Below are positions 39,114 through 49,141 of a stretch of 64,000 nucleotides of DNA, in pieces. This DNA comes from Candidatus Multivorans sp. (lineage in GTDB: Bacteria; Acidobacteriota; Thermoanaerobaculia; Multivoradales; Multivoraceae). Location: assembly GCA_965224025.1 (NCBI GenBank), contig OZ245033.1, positions 4,352,001-4,416,000 on the forward strand. The letters are read 5' to 3'. The number at the start of each line of letters is the position of its first letter. Position 1 is the stretch's first letter. The notes below the pieces were generated by a model that saw only the letters and a program-made list of their open reading frames with translations, had not been told where the DNA came from and did no database searches. Position numbers and translations under genes: made by a program.

Positions 39114-41534
39114 ATGATTCGAACGACGCTCTCGGGAATCTCCCCGGCCGGCACGCTGGCAGTCCTCTGGTGCGGAGTCGGCGCTCCCGCCGCGGCGCAG
39201 GACGCCGAACCGGACCAGGCCGAGGCAATTCCGGGCCAGATCTTCTCCGAGGAGCTCACGGTCACCGCCCGCAAGCGGGAGGAGAACCTCCAGGAAGTTC
39301 CGTTCTCCGTGGTCGCTCCGAGTGAGGACGTACTGCGCAACCGCGGTGTCTCAAACCTGGAGGGGATCGCGGCCAACGTCGCCGGGTTCACCGTCCAGAA
39401 CCTCGGCCCGGGCCAGAGCCAGGTCGCCATGCGGGGCGTCGCCGCCGGACAGATTGTCCGAGACCAGCCGGGCGTCAAGGAACAGGTGGGCATCTACCTC
39501 GACGAGTCGGTCATCTCCCTGTCGCTGTTCACACCGGACATCGACCTGTTCGACATGTCGCGCGTGGAGGTTCTTCGCGGACCGCAGGGCACGCTGTTCG
39601 GCTCCGGGTCTCTGGCCGGAACCGTTCGCTACATCACAAACCAGCCGCGGCTGGGCGTCTCCGAGGGCTTCGGCGAGTTCTCGCTCAGCTCGGTCGGCGA
39701 CGGCGGCATGGGCGGCAGCGCGAAGGTTGCGGTCAACATTCCCGTCGGCGACACGTCGGCGATGCGCATCACGGCCTACCACACGGCCTTCGGCGGTTTC
39801 ATGGACGCCGTGCAACCTGACCTGAGCGTCGACGAGGACGTGAACTCCGGGGAGCGGACCGGCGCTCGGTGGGCGCTTCGCTTCGAGCCCAAGGAGAACG
39901 TGACGGTCACGCCCCGAGTGATCTACCAGGAAGTCAGCATGGACGGCTGGAACCGGATCGACGACTTCAACATCCTGGCCAACCCGCACACGACGACCCG
40001 GCCGGCCGTGAATCTCGGCGAACGCGAGCTCTTCACGCAATTCGACGAGCCCTACACGGACGAGTTTCTCCTCGCCGACCTGAAGATCGAAATCGACCTC
40101 CCCGACGGGTACTCCTTCACCTCCATCACCACGGCCACGGACCGCGATGTTCACGTCGTGCGCGACTCGACCGCCCTCTACGCCAGCGTCGCCGGCGCCA
40201 CGATCGGCCTTCCCGAAGCCGTCTATACCCTGGACGCGCCACTGATCGACGCGACGACCGCGACCGGACTGACCCAGGAACTCCGACTGGCCAGCGGCGA
40301 CGAGTTCACGCACTGGGTGCTGGGCCTGTTCTACAGCAGCAGCGAACGGGACTACGGCCAGAGCCTGCCGGTCACCGGCTTCGAGGCCATGAGCGGCATT
40401 CCGACCATGGGCGCCTTCGGCGCGGTCACCGATGAACTCTTCTACTCCGACCTGGACTACGAGTTCGACCAGACGGCGGCCTTCTTCGAGATCACGTGGA
40501 CCGCAAGCGAGAGGGTCGACCTGACGGCGGGCGCGCGCTGGTACGACTACGAGGAGAACCGCAGCCAGGTCTTCGACGGCCTGTTCGCCGATCCGGGACC
40601 GACCGTTGGCGAGACGAGCGCGGACGGCATCGCGCCCCGCTTCATCGCCAGCTACGAGGTCAGCGAGAACACCCAACTCAACGCGCAGATCTCCAAGGGG
40701 TTCCGGCTGGGCGGCATCAACGATCCGCTCAACACACCCGTCTGCTCGCCGGAAGATCTGGCCACCTTCAGCGGCCGGGACAGTTGGCAGGACGAGGAAC
40801 TCTGGAACGTCGAGGTTGGCTCGAAGTCGACGATCCTGGACGGACGGGGCACCTTCAACATCGCCGCCTTCACGATGGACATTTCGGACCTGCAGACGAC
40901 CGTCACCGCCGGTTCCTGCTCGTCGCGGTTGATATTCAACGTGCCGAGCGCACGCAGCACGGGACTGGAAGTCGAGATCACGGGACAGCCCGCCGGCGGC
41001 TTCGACTACGCGATTTCCGCCAGCTACGCCGACTCCAAACTCGGGTCGACCCTGACTTCGACCGCGGCCGACGGAACGACCAGCGTGGTCTCAGGCATCG
41101 AGAAAGGCAACCGCCTGCCGACCGTGCCGGAGTTCCAGGCCACGGTCGCGGCGACCTACCGCTGGGAAGCCGGCGACTGGGCCGGCTACCTCTCCTCCGT
41201 CTTCCAGCACGTCGGCTCCCGCTTCACCCAGATCGGCGACCATGCCCCCGGCTTCGGCACCGTGGATCTTCTGGCGCTCTCCGCCACCAACCCGGTCGGC
41301 GGTCCGCTGACCCAATCCGTGTTCCAGTTCGATCCCGAAATGCCGGCCTACGACCTGCTGAACCTGCGCCTCGGCTTCCTCAACGAACGCTGGGACATCG
41401 CGCTCTTCATCAACAACGCGACCGACGAGCGGGCCTTCCTGGCCCTGGACCAGGAACGCGGAACCCGCGCTCGGGTCGGCTACCTGACGAATCCTCCGCG
41501 GACGATCGGCATTTCGAGCCGCATCAGCTTCTAG
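39114..41534 (+). CDS. TonB-dependent receptor
   Basis: Motifs EELTVTARKREE.LQ.VP and RVEVLRGPQGTLFG, with a terminal PRTIGISSRISF. Confidence 0.93.
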   Translation: MIRTTLSGISPAGTLAVLWCGVGAPAAAQDAEPDQAEAIPGQIFSEELTVTARKREENLQEVPFSVVAPSEDVLRNRGVSNLEGIAANVAGFTVQNLGPGQSQVAMRGVAAGQIVRDQPGVKEQVGIYLDESVISLSLFTPDIDLFDMSRVEVLRGPQGTLFGSGSLAGTVRYITNQPRLGVSEGFGEFSLSSVGDGGMGGSAKVAVNIPVGDTSAMRITAYHTAFGGFMDAVQPDLSVDEDVNSGERTGARWALRFEPKENVTVTPRVIYQEVSMDGWNRIDDFNILANPHTTTRPAVNLGERELFTQFDEPYTDEFLLADLKIEIDLPDGYSFTSITTATDRDVHVVRDSTALYASVAGATIGLPEAVYTLDAPLIDATTATGLTQELRLASGDEFTHWVLGLFYSSSERDYGQSLPVTGFEAMSGIPTMGAFGAVTDELFYSDLDYEFDQTAAFFEITWTASERVDLTAGARWYDYEENRSQVFDGLFADPGPTVGETSADGIAPRFIASYEVSENTQLNAQISKGFRLGGINDPLNTPVCSPEDLATFSGRDSWQDEELWNVEVGSKSTILDGRGTFNIAAFTMDISDLQTTVTAGSCSSRLIFNVPSARSTGLEVEITGQPAGGFDYAISASYADSKLGSTLTSTAADGTTSVVSGIEKGNRLPTVPEFQATVAATYRWEAGDWAGYLSSVFQHVGSRFTQIGDHAPGFGTVDLLALSATNPVGGPLTQSVFQFDPEMPAYDLLNLRLGFLNERWDIALFINNATDERAFLALDQERGTRARVGYLTNPPRTIGISSRISF

Positions 41535-41547
41535 GCCATGCCGCTGC

Positions 41548-42429
41548 TCAGTGCATGTCCGGCTGCGCCGTGCTCGTGAGCATGCCCGTAGCAGCCAGAA
41601 CGAGCACGGCGAACACGACTTCCAGGACGACGGTCCTGGGCAAAGGGTCCGTGTGCGAATCGGGCCGGAAGTGCATCGAAATCGAGTTGACGGCGCCGCA
41701 ACCAAGCACGAACAAGCTCAGGCCGACCTTGGCCAGGAGGATCTGGCCGTACGGCTCCGTCCACAGCGTCTCCCAGGCCGGCAGGTACCGGAACGCAAGG
41801 AGCGCGCCGCTCGCCACGAGCAGCGAGGCGCCGGCAATCGCCAGGGGTGAGAAAGAGCGCAGCCAGTAGCGCCGTATCGACGCCGACTCCGCGCGAGTCG
41901 TACCGGCGAAGCCGAAAGGAACCAGGAGCACGACGACCAGAGTGCCGATCCAGAGCCCGGCGGCCAGGATGTGCACGCTCTGGGCAGTCCAGGCCAGCGA
42001 GTCGCCGTAGGCGTGGCCCGTCATTGGCAGTGCAACGGCCACACCGAACGCGCCGATCCAGGCGAGCGCACCGCCGAGGATCGGAGTCCTCAGTGCGATG
42101 AACATGCCGAGCGTGGTCGATGCGGCGGCGGCTGCCTGCCACCGCCACCGACTTCCCCAGCGGCTCTCGATCGCCACTGTCCGCAGACTCTCCAGGGACA
42201 GCCCGTCGGCCAGTCCCCAGACCTCGATCGACTGAAAGACGCACCGGAGCAGCAACGCCACAAGCAGAAGAAGGGACGACAACCAACCCAGGCGCTCCAG
42301 GCCGACTCGAGGATCCCGAACCGAGAGCGCGGCGCCCCGGGCGGCGACCAGCAGCCGCAGGCCAAGGACGCCATAGACGAGCAGGAGGGGCAGGTAGACC
42401 GACCAGCGGCCAGCCATCTCCCAGCTCAT
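41548..42429 (-). CDS. copD: CopD-family copper transport membrane protein
   Basis: Motifs TGHA, HILAAGLWIG, FS..A, YG.ILL.K and E..F. It lies directly downstream of copC. Confidence 0.8.
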   Translation of the reverse strand: MSWEMAGRWSVYLPLLLVYGVLGLRLLVAARGAALSVRDPRVGLERLGWLSSLLLLVALLLRCVFQSIEVWGLADGLSLESLRTVAIESRWGSRWRWQAAAAASTTLGMFIALRTPILGGALAWIGAFGVAVALPMTGHAYGDSLAWTAQSVHILAAGLWIGTLVVVLLVPFGFAGTTRAESASIRRYWLRSFSPLAIAGASLLVASGALLAFRYLPAWETLWTEPYGQILLAKVGLSLFVLGCGAVNSISMHFRPDSHTDPLPRTVVLEVVFAVLVLAATGMLTSTAQPDMH

Positions 42430-42451
42430 TGCCGGAAAGGCTGCCAGCGGT

Positions 42452-42835
42452 TCAGCGGCCGCCGCGGTCGACCGTGAAGGTCCATTCGCCGGTGAGGACG
42501 TGTCCGTCGTCGCCCGCCGTCCGCCAGCGCGCGGTGTAGACGCCATCGGGCATACGTCCCGTGACTCGAGCCATCAGGTCTTTCTCTCCCATCGAGTGAA
42601 GGCCTTCGACGTTCATCGCGCCGGCCGGACCCTCGAGCTCTAGCTTGCTGAGCGGCACATCCGGCTCCTGGTTGAACCAGACACGAAGGGTACGCGCGGG
42701 GCCGTTCAGCGTTGCACCCTCCTCCGGACTGGTCTTGAGCGCCTTCAGGTGCGCGAAGGCCGCCGCCGCGAGCAGCACCGCGAACAGGACGAAACCGAGT
42801 CCAACGATCCGGGGGAAGCGATTCCGGTCTCTCAT
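42452..42835 (-). CDS. copC: CopC periplasmic copper-binding protein
   Basis: The signal peptide ends AFA-H, giving a mature N-terminal His. Further motifs SP..G, FNQ and G.YT..WR....DGH...G..TF.V. Confidence 0.88.
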   Translation of the reverse strand: MRDRNRFPRIVGLGFVLFAVLLAAAAFAHLKALKTSPEEGATLNGPARTLRVWFNQEPDVPLSKLELEGPAGAMNVEGLHSMGEKDLMARVTGRMPDGVYTARWRTAGDDGHVLTGEWTFTVDRGGR

Positions 42836-42952
42836 CGAGATCGTCTCCGTACTTGCGTGGCGCCGACGCCAGTGCCGGCGCGGGTCACCCAGAGTAACAG
42901 TCCGCAAGGTGCCGTCCGGTGGCTCCGGTGTAGAGTCCCGCCTTCACCCCCG

Positions 42953-44344
42953 ATGAGCGACTCTCCCAGTCCGAGGAGCGATCCGTACACCGTCCGCGAG
43001 GGCGGCGCGGTCGAACCGCCGTCCACCTGGCGCAACCGGCTGCGCTATCTCGGTCCCAGCATCGTCATCTCGGGATCGATCGTCGGCTCGGGCGAGATCA
43101 TCCTCACCTCGGGCCTCGGCGCCGCCGCCGGCTTCGTCATGCTCTGGTGGGTGCTCCTGTCGTGCTGGATCAAGTCCCTGATCCAGGCAGAGCTGAGCCG
43201 CTACATCCTGGTCTCGGGAGACACCTACGTCCGGGCAATGAACCGGCTGCCCGGCAAGATTCCGCTCGGCAGGGGACTGATCAGCTTCCCCGTCGTCGTC
43301 GCCCTGATCGCCATCATCCCAGGGGTGATGGGGCTGGGCGGGATCATCGGCGGCGCAGGGCAGGCGCTGACGCTGCTGGTTCCCGACGTGTCGTCGGTCT
43401 GGGCCGCCGCTCTGATCGCCGCCGTGACGATCGCCCTGCTGGTCACCGGCTCCTACAAGGTGCTGGAGAACGCCATGCTCGGGCTGGTGATGATCTTCAC
43501 CGGCGCGACCCTGGTGTGCGCCTTCCTGATGCAGAACACCCAGTACGCGGTGACCGGCGCCGACCTCCTGTCGGGCCTCACGTTCAGTTTCCCGCCCGAG
43601 TACCTGGTCGCGGCGATCGCCGTGTACGGCTACACCGGGGTCAACGCGTCGGAGACCTCCGCCTACCAGTACTGGTGCGTCGAGAAGGGCTACCCGAACT
43701 TCATCGGCCGCAGCGACGCACCGGGATGGGAGGCCAGAGCCCGCGGCTGGATCAAGGTGCTCCAGACCGACGTCTGGGTCACGCTGGCGCTCCTGACCTG
43801 CGCCACCCTGCCCTTCTACATCCTGGGCGCCGGCGTCCTGCGCGCCCGCGGCAAGGTGCCGGACGGCCTCGAGACGATCTCCTTGCTGTCCGAGATGTTC
43901 ACCGAGACGCTCGGACCGTGGTCGCTGTGGCTGTTCGGCATCGGCGCCTTCTGCATCCTGTTCTCGACCATGCTCGCCGCGATCGGCGGCGCCGCCCGCT
44001 TCATTCCAGACTACATCATGGAACTCGGTTATCTCAACCGACAAAACCTGGTCGCTCGTCGCAACTGGATCCGCGGCTACTGCACGCTCATCCCGGTAGT
44101 CGCCGTCGTCATCTACATGACGATCCCGAACCCCCGGCTGCTGGTGACGATCGGGGCTCTGACCCTGGCCATGCTGCTGCCGATCCAGAGCGGCGCGGTG
44201 CTGTGGTTCCAGAAGAACCGGATGGACCCGAGAATCCGGCCTGGCAGGTGGATCCGGCTCGCGATCTGGGGCATCTTTCTGTTCGAGTTGGCGATGACGT
44301 GGTTCGTCGTCCGCTACGTGGCCCTTGGCCCCCTTCTCGACTGA
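42953..44344 (+). CDS. Nramp-related (GSGE-type) transporter, copy 1
   Basis: Motifs LGPSIVISGSIVGSGEII, G.TGV.A.E...Y.YWC.EKGY, T.PFY.LGAGVL and LFST. Confidence 0.85.
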   Translation: MSDSPSPRSDPYTVREGGAVEPPSTWRNRLRYLGPSIVISGSIVGSGEIILTSGLGAAAGFVMLWWVLLSCWIKSLIQAELSRYILVSGDTYVRAMNRLPGKIPLGRGLISFPVVVALIAIIPGVMGLGGIIGGAGQALTLLVPDVSSVWAAALIAAVTIALLVTGSYKVLENAMLGLVMIFTGATLVCAFLMQNTQYAVTGADLLSGLTFSFPPEYLVAAIAVYGYTGVNASETSAYQYWCVEKGYPNFIGRSDAPGWEARARGWIKVLQTDVWVTLALLTCATLPFYILGAGVLRARGKVPDGLETISLLSEMFTETLGPWSLWLFGIGAFCILFSTMLAAIGGAARFIPDYIMELGYLNRQNLVARRNWIRGYCTLIPVVAVVIYMTIPNPRLLVTIGALTLAMLLPIQSGAVLWFQKNRMDPRIRPGRWIRLAIWGIFLFELAMTWFVVRYVALGPLLD

Positions 44345-44373
44345 GGAGAGAACCACGGCCGCACGTAAGTCCA

Positions 44374-45771
44374 ATGTCTTCAAGCACTTACGTCGAACAG
44401 AGGAGCGATCCCTACACCGTCCGCGAGGGCGGCGCCGCCCCGCCGCCCACGAGCTGGCGAAGGCGGCTTCGCTATCTCGGCCCGAGCGTCGTGATCTCCG
44501 GTGCGATCGTCGGTTCGGGCGAGATGATTCTCACCTCGGGTCTGGGGGCCGCGGCGGGCTTCGTCATGCTGTGGTGGGTGCTCCTTTCCTGCTGGATCAA
44601 GTCCCTGATCCAGGCCGAACTTGCCCGGTACACGCTGGTTTCGGGCGACACCTACGTACGGGCGATAAACCGCCTCCCCTTCCAGATCCGGATCGGCCGC
44701 GGCCACGTCAGCTTCGCCGTCGCCATCTCCCTGATCGCCCTGGTTCCCTCACTGGTGGGTCTGGGGGGAGTCATCGGCGGCGCGGGTCAGGCTCTGACCC
44801 TGCTGGTCCCGGAGGTGTCGTCGACCCTGGCCGCCGGACTGCTGGCCGCGATCACCATTACAGTCCTGATCACGGGCTCCTACCGGATCCTGGAGAACGT
44901 GATGCTCGCGCTGGTCATGATCTTCACCGGCGCCACGCTCGTGTGCGCCATCCTGATGCAGGGCACGGAGTTCGCCGTCACACGGGCCGAACTCGCGTCG
45001 GGCTTCACGTTCAGCTTCCCACCCGAGCTCATCGTCGCCGCCATGGCCGTCTACGGATTCACGGGCGTCAACTCCCTGGAGATCTCCGCCTACCAGTACT
45101 GGTGCGTCGAGAAGGGCTATCCGAACTTCATCGGCCGCAGCGATGCGCCGGGGTGGGAGACGCGCGCCCGGGGGTGGATCAAGGTCATGCAGACGGACGT
45201 CTGGGTCACGCTGGCCTTGCTGACCTGCGCGACGGTGCCCTTCTACATGCTCGGCGCCGGCGTACTGAAGAAACTCGGCAAGGAGCCCGACGGCCTGGAG
45301 ACGATCTCCATGCTCTCCGAGATGTTCACCCAAACCCTGGGCCCCTGGTCGCTGTGGCTGTTCGGCGTCGGCGCCTTCTGCATCCTGTTCTCGACGATGA
45401 TCTCGGCCATCGCCGGCGGCGCCCGTTACATCCCCGACTACATCATGGAGCTGGGCTACCTGAAGCGTCGGAACCTGGCCGCCCGCAGGTTCTGGATCCG
45501 CGCCTACTGCACGGTCGGCCCGATCTTCTGCTTCACCGTCTACATGTGGATCCAGAATCCGCGACTGCTGATCACGATCAGCGCCCTGGTCGCCGGGCTG
45601 CTGCTACCGATTCAGAGCGGCGCCGTGCTCTGGCTACAGAAGAAGCGGATGGATCCCCGTGTTCGCCCGGGCCGAGGAATCCGAGCCGGCATCTGGGCAA
45701 TCTTCCTGGTCGAGTTGGCCCTGGTCGGATTCGTCATCCGCTACGTGGCCCTCGAGCCATTTCTCAACTGA
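44374..45771 (+). CDS. Nramp-related transporter, copy 2 (tandem paralog)
   Basis: Colinear with copy 1 from RSDPYTVREGG to VRYVAL/IRYVAL. Confidence 0.85.
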   Translation: MSSSTYVEQRSDPYTVREGGAAPPPTSWRRRLRYLGPSVVISGAIVGSGEMILTSGLGAAAGFVMLWWVLLSCWIKSLIQAELARYTLVSGDTYVRAINRLPFQIRIGRGHVSFAVAISLIALVPSLVGLGGVIGGAGQALTLLVPEVSSTLAAGLLAAITITVLITGSYRILENVMLALVMIFTGATLVCAILMQGTEFAVTRAELASGFTFSFPPELIVAAMAVYGFTGVNSLEISAYQYWCVEKGYPNFIGRSDAPGWETRARGWIKVMQTDVWVTLALLTCATVPFYMLGAGVLKKLGKEPDGLETISMLSEMFTQTLGPWSLWLFGVGAFCILFSTMISAIAGGARYIPDYIMELGYLKRRNLAARRFWIRAYCTVGPIFCFTVYMWIQNPRLLITISALVAGLLLPIQSGAVLWLQKKRMDPRVRPGRGIRAGIWAIFLVELALVGFVIRYVALEPFLN

Positions 45772-45816
45772 GGAGCAACGATGTTTCCACGATCGGCCAT
45801 TGGCATTCGAACACAT

Positions 45817-47456
45817 ATGCGACTGGCCTTCAACACCGCATGTCTTGGTGCCCTGACCCTGCTGGCCGGGTGCGCTTCCCCGGACGCCGACGTGATGGAA
45901 GCGGGCGCCGAAGGCGTCCGAACGATCGGTGAGAGCGCCAGCTTCCGAGGCATCAACGGCATCCTCTTCGGGCCGGACGGCGCCCTGTATCTCACCTCGG
46001 TGGTGACCCCGGCGCTGGCTCGGATCGACCCGGAGAGCGGCGAGATCCTCGACAACTGGGGCCTCGACGACGGAGCCAAGTCACCTGACGACCTCGCCTT
46101 CGGACCCGATGGTTCCGTGTACTGGACCGACATCAGCAACGGCGAGGTCGCGATGCGCGCGCCCACCGGCGAAACGCGCGTGGTCGCCTCGCCAAGCGTC
46201 GGCGTCAACCCGATCACCTTCTCGGACGACGGCCGGCTGTTCGTCTCCCAGTGCTTCATGGACACGAACCTGTTCGAGCTCGACCCGGCGGGCGAGCAGG
46301 AGCCGAGGCTCATCCGCGACGATCTCGGGCCGGGCTGCGGCCTGAACGGCATGGACTGGGGCTCCGCCGACGGCAAGCTCTACGGCCCGCGCTGGTTCCG
46401 CGGCGAGGTCGTCCGCGTCGACGTCGACAGCGGCGAGATGGAGACCGTCGCGAGCGGCTTTGAAGTGCCGGCGGCGGTCAAGTTCAACAGCGAAGGCGTG
46501 CTCCACGTGCTCGACTCGCTCCGGGGCGAGGTCGTACGGGTGGGCGAAGACGGCGGCAAGGAGGTCGTGGCCCGCGTTCAGCCCGGGCTCGACAACTTCG
46601 CCTTCGACGCAGACGACCGCCTCTTCATCTCCAGCTTCGCCGACGGCTTCATCGTCGAGGCGCTGTCGCCGGACGAGAACCGGATGGTGCTCGATGGCGG
46701 GCTGACATGCCGGGCGGCCTGGCGCTGATCGGGAGCGGCGACGCGACCCGGCTCGTGGTCGCCGATTTCTTCGCCCTGCGTCAGCTCGATCCGGCAACCG
46801 GCGACGAACTCGGCGTCGTGCGCGACGTGATCGGCTTCTCGGACATCGGCACGTCGATGTCGGTCCATGCCGCGGACGACGGCCGCCTCGTGCTGTCGAG
46901 CTGGTTCGACAACGCGGTGCGGCTCTGGGATCCGGCCGCGGACGCACTGGTTCAGATCTTCGGCGAACTGGCCGCCCCGATCGACGCAATCCAGTTCGAG
47001 GGCGGCATCGTCGCCAGCCAGTGGGGCGCAGGCAACGTGATCGCCTTCTCGCCGCAGAGCCCGGAGCAGAAGCGAATCCTCGCAGACGGTCTCGAAGGGC
47101 CGGCCGGTCTGACGGAGCTGGACGGCAGCCTTTACGTCACCGACAACCTCGCCGGCTCCCTGCTCCGCATCACCGACGCGGGCGCCGAGGAAGTAGCGAG
47201 CGGACTCGAGCAACCGGAAGGGCTGGCGGCGGCCAACGGCTCGATCTACGTCGTCGAAGCCGGCGCGGGCCGGGTCACGGCCATCGACCCCGTAAACGGA
47301 GCGACATGGGGCGTTGCCGAGAACCTCGAACTCCACGTGCCGCCAAGCGGCGCCTTCCCGAACACGATGCTGTTCAACGGCATTGCCACCGACGGCGAGA
47401 CCATCTGGGTCGCCGGCGACGCAGCGAACACCGTCTACGTGGTGGACCTGGAGTAG
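45817..47456 (+). pseudogene. Double beta-propeller (SMP-30/gluconolactonase/NHL-like) lipoprotein with a 1-bp frameshift near 46706
   Basis: Lipobox LAGC, then NG..FGPDG.LY and PDDLAFGPDG. The sequence GGG CTG AC ATG CCG GGC lacks one base relative to an in-frame GGL[N]MPGG. This may be a sequencing error. Confidence 0.75.
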
Positions 47457-47569
47457 CGGCAGCTCCGAGTGTCGGTGCGGTAGCGGTCAGGTCGTCGCAG
47501 GCGACGCCGCGGCGGGTCCCCCAGCGATCTACGTCGTCGACCTGACTAACCGGGTGCGCCGACGTGTCG

Positions 47570-47638
47570 TCCGTGCGCCCGAATGACGGGCGCACGGACC
47601 GGGTCGCGCGTGGCGCGGATCGCGCCACACGGGTTCCC
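47570..47638 (+). repeat. REP-like element, module B only
   Basis: TCCGTGCGCCCGAATGACGGGCGCACGGA..GTGGCGCGGATCGCGCCACACGGGTTCCC, located between convergent genes. Confidence 0.85.
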
Positions 47639-47653
47639 GTCGGCATCCGGTGT

Positions 47654-48175
47654 TCAGTCACCCATGCCGTGATCGCCGTAGGTGCTGGCGGGACCCGTGC
47701 CCCCTGGACCCAGCCGGCCGCCATCGCCGAAGTGCCCCTTGCCGGGCACATGGTTCACTTCGACCCGGATGCCGTCCGGGTCCTCGACCAGGATCGAGTA
47801 GTAGCCCGGCGCGAACCGTGAACCCTCCTCGGGACCGTGGACGACCTTAGCGTCGAGTTCCGACACGATGAATCGGTAGATCGCGTCGACATCCTCACGG
47901 CTCCTGGCCCGGAAACAGAAGTGGTGGAGCCCCGGCCGGTCCTGGTCGAACCCGCGGTCACGCTTGCCCGGCGGCGCCGCCCGCACCAGGATGCCGGTGC
48001 GGCTGCCGATGCAGTACAGCACGTCCTCACCCCGGATCAGGGTCTTCATCTCGAGGAAGTTGCAGAGCCGCTCCCAGAACGGCAGGCAGCGCTCCGGATC
48101 CCGGACCGTCAACTGGATGTGCGCGATCCCGTTGACGCCAACGGTCTCGGCCACGCGGGTCACAGGTCCAGCCAC
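47654..48175 (-). CDS. VOC/glyoxalase family protein
   Basis: Motifs IAHIQLTVRD, GLHHFCFRARSREDVD and GYYSILVEDPDGIRVEV. Confidence 0.9.
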   Translation of the reverse strand: MAGPVTRVAETVGVNGIAHIQLTVRDPERCLPFWERLCNFLEMKTLIRGEDVLYCIGSRTGILVRAAPPGKRDRGFDQDRPGLHHFCFRARSREDVDAIYRFIVSELDAKVVHGPEEGSRFAPGYYSILVEDPDGIRVEVNHVPGKGHFGDGGRLGPGGTGPASTYGDHGMGD

Positions 48176-48198
48176 CTACTCGGATCTCACGACGGCGG

Positions 48199-48945
48199 TC
48201 ACAGCAGGTCAAACGCCGTAATGATCCCGAGCAGATCGCCGTCATCGCTCCCGCTGTCCGTGACGAGGATCGGCACTTTGTCGAAGAAGCCCTCAATCAG
48301 GGTGCGCAAGCACGCCGTTTGGGCGGTTCGCAGCCGGATGTTCGATTCGCCAAGGAGCTCCCCGATGCGCTTGTCCCGATCGTCAAGGAGGTGCTCTCCC
48401 AGATCCTTCGCGTGGAGCAGCATCCACCTCTCGCGGTTTCCGCCGCCGCCATCCTGCTTGAACGGCAGGGTCGAGTAGTCGTGCATCAGCATGGTCCGCC
48501 GCACGTCTGCCAGCGTCTGCCAACCCTGGGCGCAGACCGGATTCGAGACCATGATCTTGCCTGCCGTCGTGGATTTACTTGGGGTCATCAGCGCCTCTAT
48601 CAGCACATAAACCAAGGCAGCGGTCCGTGTGTCCGCCAACGCAGCCGCCGTCCCGGTGTGGGCGAGGTCGTTTCGTGCGTCCGTCACGCTGTTATACAGG
48701 TCAGTGAAGTTCCAACCGGGCAGCCCCGTTTCTTCCAGCATGTGAGGCGCATTGTCCCTCACCAGAGATCTCATGCAACACCTGGCCTCCCCGAGCGTGG
48801 CCTTCGGACGGGTCAGGTGCTTGGCGATGCGTTCGATGCGGTGATGTACGGACGCGAGACTTGCTCTTCCGGCCGCGAACTCCGCCGAAGCCGTTCTCAG
48901 ATCCTGCCGCACCGCGGCGGCCACTGCCGGTGTCAGTCTACGCAT
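48199..48945 (-). CDS. HEPN-motif (RNDLAH) helical domain + CBS domain pair protein
   Basis: Helical N-terminus with ARNDLAHTG. CBS-like segments AGKIMVSNPV..TLADVRRTML.HDYSTLP and PILV....G.LLGIITAFDLL. Codon usage is atypical for the window. Confidence 0.65.
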   Translation of the reverse strand: MRRLTPAVAAAVRQDLRTASAEFAAGRASLASVHHRIERIAKHLTRPKATLGEARCCMRSLVRDNAPHMLEETGLPGWNFTDLYNSVTDARNDLAHTGTAAALADTRTAALVYVLIEALMTPSKSTTAGKIMVSNPVCAQGWQTLADVRRTMLMHDYSTLPFKQDGGGGNRERWMLLHAKDLGEHLLDDRDKRIGELLGESNIRLRTAQTACLRTLIEGFFDKVPILVTDSGSDDGDLLGIITAFDLL

Positions 48946-49141
48946 CGTCGCAATCCGGCGCCTTTCCCGCAGCAACCGGTCCGGCCGGTGAGCTGCGACG
49001 AAATCCCAACGAACGTCGAGTCCTCGAGTCTTGAAGTGCGGGTCGCCTTTGAGAAGGTATCAGGGGTGCTGAGAAACTCACCCAAGCCGACTGCGCAGTC
49101 AGCGCCAAAGGAGAGCGGCACCGGAACCGACTCCTGATAGC

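Noticed and set aside
46700-46712. Programmed frameshift in the double-propeller gene
   Set aside because: There is no slippery sequence or stimulatory structure. A single-base loss by mutation or sequencing error explains it.
5081-47638. Dispersed repeats as a CRISPR array or integron attC sites
   Set aside because: There is no regular repeat-spacer periodicity, no cas or intI gene, and no RYYYAAC/GTTRRRY ends.
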